Assembly (NCBI GenBank): GCA_963713045.1
Contig: CAVQKE010000001.1
Location: 448,001-512,000, forward strand
Direction of reading: 5' to 3'
From: an uncultured delta proteobacterium
GTDB lineage: Bacteria > Myxococcota > Myxococcia > Myxococcales > Myxococcaceae
DNA length: 64,000 bases
A model generated the notes under the pieces. It saw only the letters and a program-made list of their open reading frames with translations. It did no database searches and was not told the origin of the DNA. Positions 27,229-36,725 of this stretch are shown piece by piece (position 1 is the stretch's first letter; the number at the start of each line of letters is the position of its first letter). The translations under genes and the position numbers were made by a program.

Positions 27229-28558
27229 CCTCGCTGCGCTCCGGCGCCGCCGGCCGCACCGGCGGCGGTTGAAAGGCCGTCGGCAGGAAGCTTTGCGGAA
27301 GCAGCTTCACCAGCGCCGCCAACAGCAGCATGCCCCCCGGCGCGGCGAAGATGGCCACCGCCGGAAGGACTTTGGCCAAGTCCAGAAGCTGCTCCCGCAT
27401 CTGGCGCCGCTCGGAGGCATTCAGGGCTTGGCCGCGGACCAGCCGGCTCAACAGCACCGACAGCTCTCCCACTTGGTGCGCCTCGGACAACAGCACCTGG
27501 AGGCTTCGGTCCAACGTCCCTTGCATCGAATCCACCAGCTCATCTCCCAGGCGGGTGGCGCCGTCCTGGACGGCGAAGACGTCCAACACCGCGCGGTGGT
27601 GGGCGTAGAAGTCCGCCACCTCCCCTTCCAGCGCAGCCAATTCCCTTGGCGAGAAGCCCAAGGCGTTGGCCAAGCTGAGGATGAAGGCCACCTCCTTGGC
27701 CGAACGCCGCCCCTCCACCAGCGAGGCCAGCACCGTCTGCTCGACGACGAAGCGCCGCATCTCTCGGCTGCGGACCCGGGCCACCAGCCCGGGCAAGTCC
27801 CCCGGCCCCTCAAAGGCGCGCCTCAGCCGGCTGCGCAGTTCCCCCGCCAGCCGCCGTGGCAGCCCGAGGTCATCCACCTGGCGGAGGATGGCCCGGCGCG
27901 CGGTGGCGGCCGGGGCGCGGTCCGCGGAGGCCAGCGCCGTCAGCACTTCCACCAAAAGGGCCTTCTGCCGCGCCGCCACGCCCAACAGGCGCTGCAGGCG
28001 TGGGCGCTGAAGCCGGCGGCCGCTCCACACGTCCAGCACCAGGTGCGCGAACAGCTGCGCGTCGACGTAGGTGGCGCCGTTGTGGAGGAGAAGGCCGTAG
28101 ACGCGGTCGGCGGAAATGGACAGGGAACGGCGGACGAGGGCCGCTTCCAGGCGGCTCCACAGTCGCTGGGGCACCGGAGTCCCCTTGGCCAGGTGCTCGG
28201 CCAGCGCGTCGGCCAGCGGCAACTGCCCCGTCCAAAGCGCGAAAATGCGGGCCAGTTGCACCGCGCGGGGCCCAGCCGGGACGTCGAAGAGGACGGCGGC
28301 GTCCAGGGCGAAGCGGGCCAGGGTGCGCAGCACTGCGAGAAACAGCGTCTGTGCCGGTCGGGCCTCCGGCCGGATGTCCTCGGGGAGGTTGGGCGTCCCG
28401 TAGACTAGGCCGCTGTCCCGCAGCGCGCGGTGCAGGTAGGCGCGGGCACACGCCATCGGCCGAGAGAGGGTGGGGGCCTCGAGCGCCGGGGCGCGGGCCT
28501 GTCGGGCCACGACGTCGTCGAGCAATCGAGGCAGCCAACCGGCTGGGGTGTGTTGCAT
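27209..28558 (-). CDS. Protein with TerB-like segment and LETM1-like C-terminus
   Basis: EGRRSAKEVAFILSLANALG, then QLLDLAKVLPAVAIFAAPGG..LPTAF. Confidence 0.65.
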   Translation of the reverse strand: MQHTPAGWLPRLLDDVVARQARAPALEAPTLSRPMACARAYLHRALRDSGLVYGTPNLPEDIRPEARPAQTLFLAVLRTLARFALDAAVLFDVPAGPRAVQLARIFALWTGQLPLADALAEHLAKGTPVPQRLWSRLEAALVRRSLSISADRVYGLLLHNGATYVDAQLFAHLVLDVWSGRRLQRPRLQRLLGVAARQKALLVEVLTALASADRAPAATARRAILRQVDDLGLPRRLAGELRSRLRRAFEGPGDLPGLVARVRSREMRRFVVEQTVLASLVEGRRSAKEVAFILSLANALGFSPRELAALEGEVADFYAHHRAVLDVFAVQDGATRLGDELVDSMQGTLDRSLQVLLSEAHQVGELSVLLSRLVRGQALNASERRQMREQLLDLAKVLPAVAIFAAPGGMLLLAALVKLLPQSFLPTAFQPPPVRPAAPERSEVSLSGG

Positions 28559-28594
28559 GGCCCTATCCGGGCTCTAACCTTCTGGTGACGCTGT

Positions 28595-28623
28595 CTGCAA
28601 GGCCAGCGGGAGGGCCCTTGCAG
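28595..28623 (-). terminator. Hairpin downstream of recA
   Basis: CTGCAAGG...CCTTGCAG inverted repeat 10 nt past the recA stop; no U-tract. Confidence 0.4.
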
Positions 28624-28632
28624 GCGTGGGGG

Positions 28633-29709
<1,077 letters not shown>

Positions 29710-29740
29710 GTTGGACGCGCCCTTCTTTGGATGGACAGAC

Positions 29741-29756
29741 CTGAACGTCTGTTCTC
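29741..29756. promoter_or_regulatory. LexA (SOS) box upstream of recA
   Basis: CTGAACGTCTGTTCTC with a GAAC-N4-GTTC core, matching the Myxococcus consensus except the last 2 nt. Confidence 0.75.
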
Positions 29757-29771
29757 GTACCTCAACTTGGA

Positions 29772-29793
29772 GTCGTAGTCGAGCCCTCTGACA
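29772..29793 (-). promoter_or_regulatory. PafBC/RecA-NDp-like promoter motif upstream of recA (TGTCAG-N10-TACGAC)
   Basis: Minus strand TGTCAG AGGGCTCGAC TACGAC; same geometry as the priA motif. Confidence 0.7.
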
Positions 29794-29871
29794 GCGCCCC
29801 GGGCCCCCCGGGAGCCTCAATCTGTAAGACTGGCCAGCAGCAGGCGCCCCGCAACTTGCGCCGGGCGCCTC

Positions 29872-30483
29872 GTGTTCGAGGACTCTGTGGATGTGGACGC
29901 TGATGCGGAGCTGATGCTCCGGGTCGTCGCCGGCGACCGCGCCGCCTTTGCGTCCCTGTTTGACCAGCACCACCGGGGCGTGGCGCAGTTCGCCTTCCGC
30001 TTCGTCGGGGACCGGGCGCGGGCGGAGGAGCTGACGCAGGACATTTTCGTGAAGCTGTACCGGAACGCCGGCCGCTACCGGCCCAGCGCGAAGTTTACGA
30101 CGTACCTCTACCGGGTGGCGGCCAACCATTGCCTGAATGAGGTCCGCCGCGGGGAGTACCGGGTGAAGCACGTGTCCACCGCTTGCGAAGAGGATGAGCC
30201 GCTGCAGACGCCAGCGCCCGAGGCGCACCGCCCGGACCACCAGCTGGCAGCGCGGGAGCTGGAGTCGGCCGTCGGCCAGGCGCTGGCGGCACTTTCCCCG
30301 CGGGAGCGGACCGCCTTCACCCTGTGCCGCTTCGAAGGGATGACCTACCGAGACATCGCCCAGGTGCTGCAGGCGAGCGAGGCGGCCGTCAAAAGCCTCA
30401 TCCACCGCGCCACCTTGTCGGTGGCGCGACACATCCAAGCTTTTCAGGCCGGGGCCGACGAGCCCCTTCGGAGTCGGGCATGA
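29872..30483 (+). CDS. ECF sigma-70 factor
   Basis: [45 protein letters not shown]. Confidence 0.93.
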   Translation: MFEDSVDVDADAELMLRVVAGDRAAFASLFDQHHRGVAQFAFRFVGDRARAEELTQDIFVKLYRNAGRYRPSAKFTTYLYRVAANHCLNEVRRGEYRVKHVSTACEEDEPLQTPAPEAHRPDHQLAARELESAVGQALAALSPRERTAFTLCRFEGMTYRDIAQVLQASEAAVKSLIHRATLSVARHIQAFQAGADEPLRSRA

Positions 30484-30965
30484 GCTGTGACCTTGAGAGC
30501 GAGTTGACCGCCTATCTGGACGGAGAGCTGTCGCCGCAGCGGACGACGGCCGTGCGCGCTCACCTTGCCGGTTGCGCCGCCTGTCGTTCCACCGAAGCAC
30601 TGTTGCGCAGCGCGGTGGTGACCCTGGACGGACTGCCGGCCTTCGAGCCCTCGGTCGGCCTGCGGCGCGCCGTGATGCAGCGGCTGGACACGGCGCCCTC
30701 TGCGCTCGGCGAGCGGCTCCGCCGGTGGCTTCGGCCCAGCGTGTTTCTCCCGTCGGCGGCGGTGCTGGTGTCGGCGGGGGTGGTGGCGGTGCTGCTCGCC
30801 TCGGGCAGCCTCGGCCACCGCCTACCGGCAGAGCTTCGGGACGCCCAGGCGCTGGATGTGGCGATGAATTACGACGTCCTTCGCGACTATGACGTGCTCG
30901 GGGTCGACAACCCGGACGACGTCGAGGTGGTGGCGCAACTCGACCGGCTGGAGGCTCGACCATGA
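30480..30965 (+). CDS. Zinc-binding (zf-HC2) membrane anti-sigma factor
   Basis: [17 protein letters not shown] (HxxxCxxC), one TM helix; ATGA overlap with sigma. Confidence 0.88.
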   Translation: MSCDLESELTAYLDGELSPQRTTAVRAHLAGCAACRSTEALLRSAVVTLDGLPAFEPSVGLRRAVMQRLDTAPSALGERLRRWLRPSVFLPSAAVLVSAGVVAVLLASGSLGHRLPAELRDAQALDVAMNYDVLRDYDVLGVDNPDDVEVVAQLDRLEARP

Positions 30966-31450
30966 GGGCGCAGCTCCTCCGTTGGGCCGTCTTGGGACTG
31001 GCATTTCTCTGCCCCTTGGCCCGGGCCCAAGGCAGTGACACCGACGCAGCAGCGCGCTTCCAGAGTCTTTCTGAGGAGCGCAAGGAGGCGCTGCGACAGC
31101 GGCTGGCCGACTTCAAGGCGCTCTCGCCGGAAGAGCAGGCCCGCATTCGCGACAACCTTCAGAAGTGGCAGGCCCTGCCGGCGGAGGATCGCGCCCGCGT
31201 GCTCGCCAACCTGCAGGCCTTTGAAAAGCTGAGTCCCGAGGCGCAAGCCGAGCTGCGGGCCGCGGCTCGCACCTTTGGCCAGCTTAGCCCAGAGGCGCAG
31301 GCCGAGGTGCGCAAGCGCTTCGACGAATACCTCCGGGCAAATCCTGACCGCCGCGAACAGCTGATCAAGAATCTCAAGCGGTGGAGGGCCATGACCCGCG
31401 AGGAGCGAGAGGAGATGCGGGAGCGGCTGCGCGAGCACCGCAACAAGTGA
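30962..31450 (+). CDS. DUF3106-like exported helical-repeat protein
   Basis: Signal peptide; 18-aa repeats F/W..L(S/P)PE.(Q/R). Confidence 0.8.
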   Translation: MRAQLLRWAVLGLAFLCPLARAQGSDTDAAARFQSLSEERKEALRQRLADFKALSPEEQARIRDNLQKWQALPAEDRARVLANLQAFEKLSPEAQAELRAAARTFGQLSPEAQAEVRKRFDEYLRANPDRREQLIKNLKRWRAMTREEREEMRERLREHRNK

Positions 31451-31701
31451 GGGCCTGCCGGCTGAAGCCGGCGCTGGTGAGTCTTTTGGTGGGCTGGATG
31501 GTGGCCGGCGTGTCCGCCGCCCAACCGGACGCCGGCCGCCGCCCGGACGCCGGAGGGCCATTGTCTGCCCGGGGACGCGATGGCGGGGCGACAAGTCCCC
31601 TCAACGCCGCGGACCAGGAGGTGGTGGACAACCTGGAGCTTCTTGAACATCTGCCGGAAGCAGACCTGCTTCCGCTGCTGCTGCCGGTGCGCGACCAGTA
31701 G
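31447..31701 (+). CDS. Small exported protein, last gene of the ECF operon
   Basis: GTGA overlap; signal-like N-terminus, PDAG x2, DQEVVDNLELLE. Confidence 0.6.
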   Translation: MRACRLKPALVSLLVGWMVAGVSAAQPDAGRRPDAGGPLSARGRDGGATSPLNAADQEVVDNLELLEHLPEADLLPLLLPVRDQ

Positions 31702-31713
31702 GCCCCCTTGCCC

Positions 31714-32535
31714 TCAGCCTTCGGCAGCCGGGGCGGCACTGGGCCCCGGCCTCCGGGCAGGCAGCAATAAGCCAAGGACAATGGCCACCGCCGGCGCCAG
31801 GTAGGCCAAGGTGACGAAGCACCACATGAAGGCACCGGCCAGCTGCTGGTCCGCCAGTGCCGAGGCGCCGGCTGCCGGGGCGCCGGCGAGGTAATGCGGG
31901 TACACCACCCGGCCGCAGAAGGCGAGGAAGGCCGAGAGCGCATCGCAGGGCAGCGTCGCCAAAAACAGGTACAGGACGAGGGTCCACCGCGGCCAGCGGG
32001 GGACGTCGGGCCAGGGCTGCACCACCGGCCACCAGAAGAGGAGTCCCGCCAACAGAAAGCTGAGGTGCTGGGCCGCGTGCCAGCCCGGCGAGGCCAGCGT
32101 CCGGGCGAGGACAGCTGGCAGGTGGAAGGCCAACACCACCGAGGTGCCAGCCAACCAGCACACCAGCGGGTGGCTGAGGAAGCGCAGTGTTGGCCGAAGG
32201 CTGCCTTGGCCCAACCCCAACACCCAGCCGGGGGCCAGCGCGTCCAGCGTCCACAGCGGCGCGGACAACAGCAACAGGGGCGCCGCGACATTCATCACCC
32301 ACAGGTGCTGCGCCATGTGCGCGCTGAGACGTTGATGGTCCAGCTGCGCCAGCGGCGAGCCCACCGCCGCCCACAGCGCGAGAAGGCCCCCCAGAAAGCC
32401 CACCAGGTGCCAGGGCGAGGCGGTGGCTGAGGACAAGCGCTGGAGGCGAAAAAAGCCGGCGAGGTACGCCAGGGCCAGGCCCAAAAGGGCCACCGTCCAG
32501 GGGACGGACACCACGGCGTGGCCAGTGGCGCTCAC
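31714..32535 (-). CDS. ctaG: Cytochrome c oxidase caa3 assembly factor CtaG
   Basis: SPL..L, HMAQH, APLLLL, FWWPV, DQQLAGAFMW; GTG overlaps the cyt b stop. Confidence 0.85.
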   Translation of the reverse strand: MSATGHAVVSVPWTVALLGLALAYLAGFFRLQRLSSATASPWHLVGFLGGLLALWAAVGSPLAQLDHQRLSAHMAQHLWVMNVAAPLLLLSAPLWTLDALAPGWVLGLGQGSLRPTLRFLSHPLVCWLAGTSVVLAFHLPAVLARTLASPGWHAAQHLSFLLAGLLFWWPVVQPWPDVPRWPRWTLVLYLFLATLPCDALSAFLAFCGRVVYPHYLAGAPAAGASALADQQLAGAFMWCFVTLAYLAPAVAIVLGLLLPARRPGPSAAPAAEG

Positions 32536-34001
32536 CGCGCGGGGCCGACGCCCAGCACCGCATCCCGGGCGGCGTCCCGGGCCGGTGGCTGGCCGGGCGG
32601 GTGCAGCGTCCCGAGAAAGGCCACCACTGCCGTGGTCTCGGCCGGGCTGAGGTTTTTCCCGTAGGCCGGCATGTTGCCGCCGCCTTGGATGACTTGGCGG
32701 ATGAGCTGGTCCTCGGTGAGGCGCAGCGCCACGTCGTCCAGGGCCGGCCCGCGGTGCCCTCCCTGCCCGTCCAGGGCGTGGCAGTTGTGGCACTGCTTGG
32801 CTTGAAAGACGAGTGCCCCCTGACGCTCCACCGCCGTGCGGTGGGCCAGGTACTGCGTCGGAATGGGCTCCGCACTCCAGGCGTCCATCACCGGGCTCCA
32901 CGGCACGTGCTCGCCCAGGTGGGTGAGGGCGGAGAGGGCCACGGCCGCCAGAAGCACCAGCAGCACGGCCACCGGCCGCCGCCGCCAACTCCTCTCCCCT
33001 TCGCCGGAAAGGAAGGGCAACAGGAAGAGTCCCAGCACCACCACCGCCGGGCCGATGAGGAGAATGGGCGTCTCGGCTGCCGGCGGCAGAAAGGACAACA
33101 GCGCATACAGCCAGAGGAAGAAGTAGTCCGGCCGCGGGGACGTCTGGATGATGGTGGGGTCCGGCTCCCCGCCCGGGCCGAAGGGGCCGAAAAACGCCGC
33201 GCAGGCGGCAACGGCCAACAGCACCACGGCGGCGAAGACCAGGTCCTTCCACACCGCGGCCGGGACGAAGGGCACGCCGTCGGCCTTGGTCAACGCCTCG
33301 TACTCGGCCAGGTAGCGGGAGCGCCGCACCAGCCGTCCGGGCATCGGCCACTCGCTGATGCCCAGCTTCAGCACCAACCAGAGGTGCAGGCCCACCAGGC
33401 CAATGAGGAGGCCCGGAACGACGAAGACGTGCAAGGCGAAGAAGCGCGACAGCGTCGCGCCGGCAATGATGGGCCCACCCAACAGCACACTCACCAGCGT
33501 CGGGCCGAGGACCGGGACGCGGCTGGTGACGGAGGCGCCGATGCCGAGGCCCCAGTAAGCGTCCTGGTCAAAGCGCAGCACCTGCCCGGTGAAGGCCATG
33601 CCCAGCGTCAGCAGCAAGAGGCACACCCCCGCCAGCCAGGTCAGCTCGCGCGGAAACTTATAGGCCCCGAAGAGAAACACCTGCACCATGTGGACCAGGA
33701 CAATGGCCACCATGAAGTTGCTGCCCCAGCCGTGCAGGGCGCGCACGTACCAGCCCGCCGACACCTCGTGGTTGAGAAGCTGCAGCACCCCCCAGGCCTC
33801 CCCGGCCGAGGGCACGTACAAAAGCGCGAGGAGGATGCCGGTGACGACTTGGTTGACGAAGACGGCCAGCGCTGCGCTGCCGAAGACGTAGGCCCAACTG
33901 GCGCTGCTGCGCGGGACCGGGTGCTGCAGCGTGTGCTTCAGCGCGCTCGCCACCTGGAGGCGCGCCTCCAGCCACATGCCGAGACGGCGAATTAGACGCA
34001 C
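32532..34001 (-). CDS. Cytochrome b of a bc complex fused to a C-terminal c-type cytochrome
   Basis: RALHGWGS, VHMVQV, RFFALHV, GLHL haem ligands; PDYF at the PEWY position; CHNCH and GNMP. Confidence 0.9.
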   Translation of the reverse strand: MRLIRRLGMWLEARLQVASALKHTLQHPVPRSSASWAYVFGSAALAVFVNQVVTGILLALLYVPSAGEAWGVLQLLNHEVSAGWYVRALHGWGSNFMVAIVLVHMVQVFLFGAYKFPRELTWLAGVCLLLLTLGMAFTGQVLRFDQDAYWGLGIGASVTSRVPVLGPTLVSVLLGGPIIAGATLSRFFALHVFVVPGLLIGLVGLHLWLVLKLGISEWPMPGRLVRRSRYLAEYEALTKADGVPFVPAAVWKDLVFAAVVLLAVAACAAFFGPFGPGGEPDPTIIQTSPRPDYFFLWLYALLSFLPPAAETPILLIGPAVVVLGLFLLPFLSGEGERSWRRRPVAVLLVLLAAVALSALTHLGEHVPWSPVMDAWSAEPIPTQYLAHRTAVERQGALVFQAKQCHNCHALDGQGGHRGPALDDVALRLTEDQLIRQVIQGGGNMPAYGKNLSPAETTAVVAFLGTLHPPGQPPARDAARDAVLGVGPAR

Positions 34002-34540
34002 CGGCCGCTCCCAGCGGCGCTGCCGGCGCGCGCCAGGTCTCCCGGCGTGGGAAGCCCGTGCGCTTCGATGAAGAGCTCCCCGGCCTGCAGCTTCCAGCGG
34101 TATTCAAACAGGCCCCGCTCCGGGGGGCCGGAGGCCCGCGAGCCGTCGGCGTAATACACCCCACCGTGGCAGGGGCACATGAAGAGGCCGGACTGGGGGA
34201 ACCAGCGCACCGGGCAGCCCAGGTGCGCGCAGTTGATGGCGAAGACTTGGAAGCGGTCCGCTCCCAGCCGTCGCACCCAGCAGGGCAGCTCCGCCGTGTC
34301 GCCATCTGCTGGCCGGGCCACCGGGTTGCGGTAGGTCGCCAAGCGCGTCTGGCCTTCTGGAAAGCGGCCCAGCCCGCCCAACGACACCCACGCTTCGTCC
34401 TTCCCCAGCCGCTCGTGCGTGGCGGGGGACAACAGAAACCGCACCACCGGCACTGCCAGCGCCAGCGACACCGCGCCGTTGAGGAAGAGCCCCAGCTTGA
34501 CGAAGGCCCCCCGGCGCGAAAGGCGTTCCGGCTCATTCAT
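33992..34540 (-). CDS. Rieske iron-sulfur subunit
   Basis: Tat motif SRRGAF; CAHLGC and CPCHGG boxes; GPP. Confidence 0.93.
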   Translation of the reverse strand: MNEPERLSRRGAFVKLGLFLNGAVSLALAVPVVRFLLSPATHERLGKDEAWVSLGGLGRFPEGQTRLATYRNPVARPADGDTAELPCWVRRLGADRFQVFAINCAHLGCPVRWFPQSGLFMCPCHGGVYYADGSRASGPPERGLFEYRWKLQAGELFIEAHGLPTPGDLARAGSAAGSGRCV

Positions 34541-35259
34541 GGCAGTGCTCCGGCGCTGACGCGCCCCAGGGGATAGGGTTGTCCGGGAAATTCCACCCGG
34601 TGCGAGGTGAGCCAGGCCACCACGTTCGAGACGTCCTCGTCCGTCATCGGCCTTCCTGGGACGTCCATCCGCCAGTCCGGAGCGCCCAGCGCGGGCCGTC
34701 CCACCAGCACGCTGGTGCGCAGGTGCTGCTCACTGACCAGCGCGAGGTAGGTCGCGTCGACGATGGAAGTGGCGCTTCCACCGCGGCCGTCTTCCCCGTG
34801 GCACCGCGCGCAAAACACGGCGTAGGCACGCCCGCCGGCGGTCGCATCGCCCGCGCCAGGCGCCGCATAGGGGGGGTGGGAGGCCCCGCCCAGCACGTCC
34901 GGCTTTGCCCAGCGGGCGCGAATGCCGCCCACCAGGGCGTCGACTTGGGCCTCGCTGAGGGTCCCGCCCGCGCTTTGGGCGAAGGCCGGCATGGCTGTCC
35001 CGGGCGTCCCGTTGGCGGTCACGCCCCGCAAGACAGCGTCGTCGGCGAAGGCCAGATACACCGGGTCCGCCAGCTCCACCGAGGCGCCGTTGCGGCCAGC
35101 TGGGCCGTGGCAGCCGGCGCAGTTCTCGGCATACAGCAGGTTGAAATCCAGCACGTGGCTGGGCCGCACCGGCACCACCTCGGCCGCCGCCCGCCCGGGG
35201 AAACTCTCTCGGTTGCAGGCCGAGAGCAGCAGCAGCACGGCGAGGCCCCACTGCCTCAT
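34537..35259 (-). CDS. Di-haem cytochrome c lipoprotein
   Basis: Lipobox LLSAC; CAGCH and CARCH. Confidence 0.85.
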   Translation of the reverse strand: MRQWGLAVLLLLSACNRESFPGRAAAEVVPVRPSHVLDFNLLYAENCAGCHGPAGRNGASVELADPVYLAFADDAVLRGVTANGTPGTAMPAFAQSAGGTLSEAQVDALVGGIRARWAKPDVLGGASHPPYAAPGAGDATAGGRAYAVFCARCHGEDGRGGSATSIVDATYLALVSEQHLRTSVLVGRPALGAPDWRMDVPGRPMTDEDVSNVVAWLTSHRVEFPGQPYPLGRVSAGALP

Positions 35260-36107
35260 GGCCTTTTGCCTTTGGGGTGGGGGCCTTCTCGCATCATCCC
35301 CGGCGTCTCCAGGCCGGCCCGAACGGCCAGGGACATGCCCTGCACCACCGGGATGCGCTGCTGCCGGGACACCACCACCCCGGCCACCAGGCCAAAGCCC
35401 ACCTGGCTGAGGACAAACCAACCCCACTGCACCCGGGCGTCCAACACCGGGTTGATGATGCCGAGAATGCCGTGCAGCAGGCCGGACCAGACCAGCGGGG
35501 CCAGGACACCGCCGAGGAGGATGGGCCGCGTCGGCAGCATCGGCAGCATGGCACCGTACAGAAGCCCCACCACCACCGACGTGGTGAGGTGAATGGCCAC
35601 CGCCAGGGCGAAGGCCACCGGCTGAAACGCCTCCAGCTGCGCGGTGCTCTCCGTCATGGAGGTCGGCAAGAAGCCGGCGGCCAGCAAGTTGATGGGGTAG
35701 AAAACCCCGTGGCCGCTCAACACGCCGTACAGGACGGCGAGCGCCGCCATGGCCACGCTTCCAGCCAGGCCGCCCTTGAGGCCTGCCGAGACTGGGTACG
35801 TCGCCAAAGGCAGCACCGCGCGCGGCAAATCCGGGGCGAGCTGCAGCCGAGTGACGACCGGGCGGGACGTCGTCGGGGCCGGGACGGGCGGCTCCACCTC
35901 CACCGTCTCGTGGGCCTCCCGCGGAAGCACGTTGGCAAACCAGCCCACCGCACCGGCCAGTGCCACCGCAGCCCCCACCACGCTGACTGAGGCGGCGGTG
36001 GCAAGGCCGGCGGCCACCAGCGTCCACCCGAAGGCGAACACCATCGGCCAGGCGGTTGGCGCCGGCAGTTGGATGGTGCGGGGCGCCTCTGACTTTTCGG
36101 CTGGCAT
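35256..36107 (-). CDS. Multi-TM membrane protein of the oxidase operon (subunit IV/III-N-like N-terminus)
   Basis: LPAPTAWP N-terminal motif, about 6-7 TM segments, inside the operon. Confidence 0.65.
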   Translation of the reverse strand: MPAEKSEAPRTIQLPAPTAWPMVFAFGWTLVAAGLATAASVSVVGAAVALAGAVGWFANVLPREAHETVEVEPPVPAPTTSRPVVTRLQLAPDLPRAVLPLATYPVSAGLKGGLAGSVAMAALAVLYGVLSGHGVFYPINLLAAGFLPTSMTESTAQLEAFQPVAFALAVAIHLTTSVVVGLLYGAMLPMLPTRPILLGGVLAPLVWSGLLHGILGIINPVLDARVQWGWFVLSQVGFGLVAGVVVSRQQRIPVVQGMSLAVRAGLETPGMMREGPHPKGKRP

Positions 36108-36132
36108 CGCTTTCCCTTGGCCCCTCTCCCCT

Positions 36133-36717
36133 TCAGCGTCCGATGACGTAGACCACGGTGAAGACCACCACCCACACCAGGTCCACGAAGTGCCAGTACA
36201 GCGACAGCGCGTCCACCGGCTCGGCGTGCTCCTGCTTCACTTTGCGCCACAGGGCAAAGACGCCCACCGTCCCTAAGAGGAGGAGCCCCACCGTGACGTG
36301 CAGGGCGTGCAGCCCCACCAGCGAGTAGTAGGTGGTGCCGAAGAGGTTGGTGGAAATGCGCAGCCCCTCTTCGCCGATGAGGTGGGCCCACTCGCGCGCG
36401 GTGCCGGCGAGAAAAATGGCCCCCAACCCGAAGGTGGTGAGCCACCAGAGGGTGAAGGCGGTGAGCGCCCCTCGGCGCAGCGCGCTGACCGCGAAATGGA
36501 TGCTGAGGCTACTGGACAACAGGCACACCGAGATGAAGACCGGCAACTGCAGGACGCGCGGCGTCGGGCCGCTCAGGCTTTTTCCAGCGTAGAAGAGGTA
36601 GGCGACGATGAAGATGGCGAAAATGGCCAGGTCCGAGGTGATGAGGCAGGCCATCCCCACCTTTCCCTTTGGGGGGAGCTTCCACTCGGGTGCGCTGTCG
36701 AGCGTTGCCGTCGTCAT
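36133..36717 (-). CDS. ctaE: Cytochrome c oxidase subunit III (short form)
   Basis: LLSSS, FGTTYYSLVGLHALHV, YWHFVDLVW. Confidence 0.9.
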   Translation of the reverse strand: MTTATLDSAPEWKLPPKGKVGMACLITSDLAIFAIFIVAYLFYAGKSLSGPTPRVLQLPVFISVCLLSSSLSIHFAVSALRRGALTAFTLWWLTTFGLGAIFLAGTAREWAHLIGEEGLRISTNLFGTTYYSLVGLHALHVTVGLLLLGTVGVFALWRKVKQEHAEPVDALSLYWHFVDLVWVVVFTVVYVIGR

Positions 36718-36725
36718 GGCCGCAG

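Noticed and set aside
29710..31155. Apparent 480-aa N-terminal extension of RecA in the 840-aa ORF
   Set aside because: Overlaps the ECF operon on the other strand; RecA homology starts at ATG 29709, behind an RBS and the LexA box.
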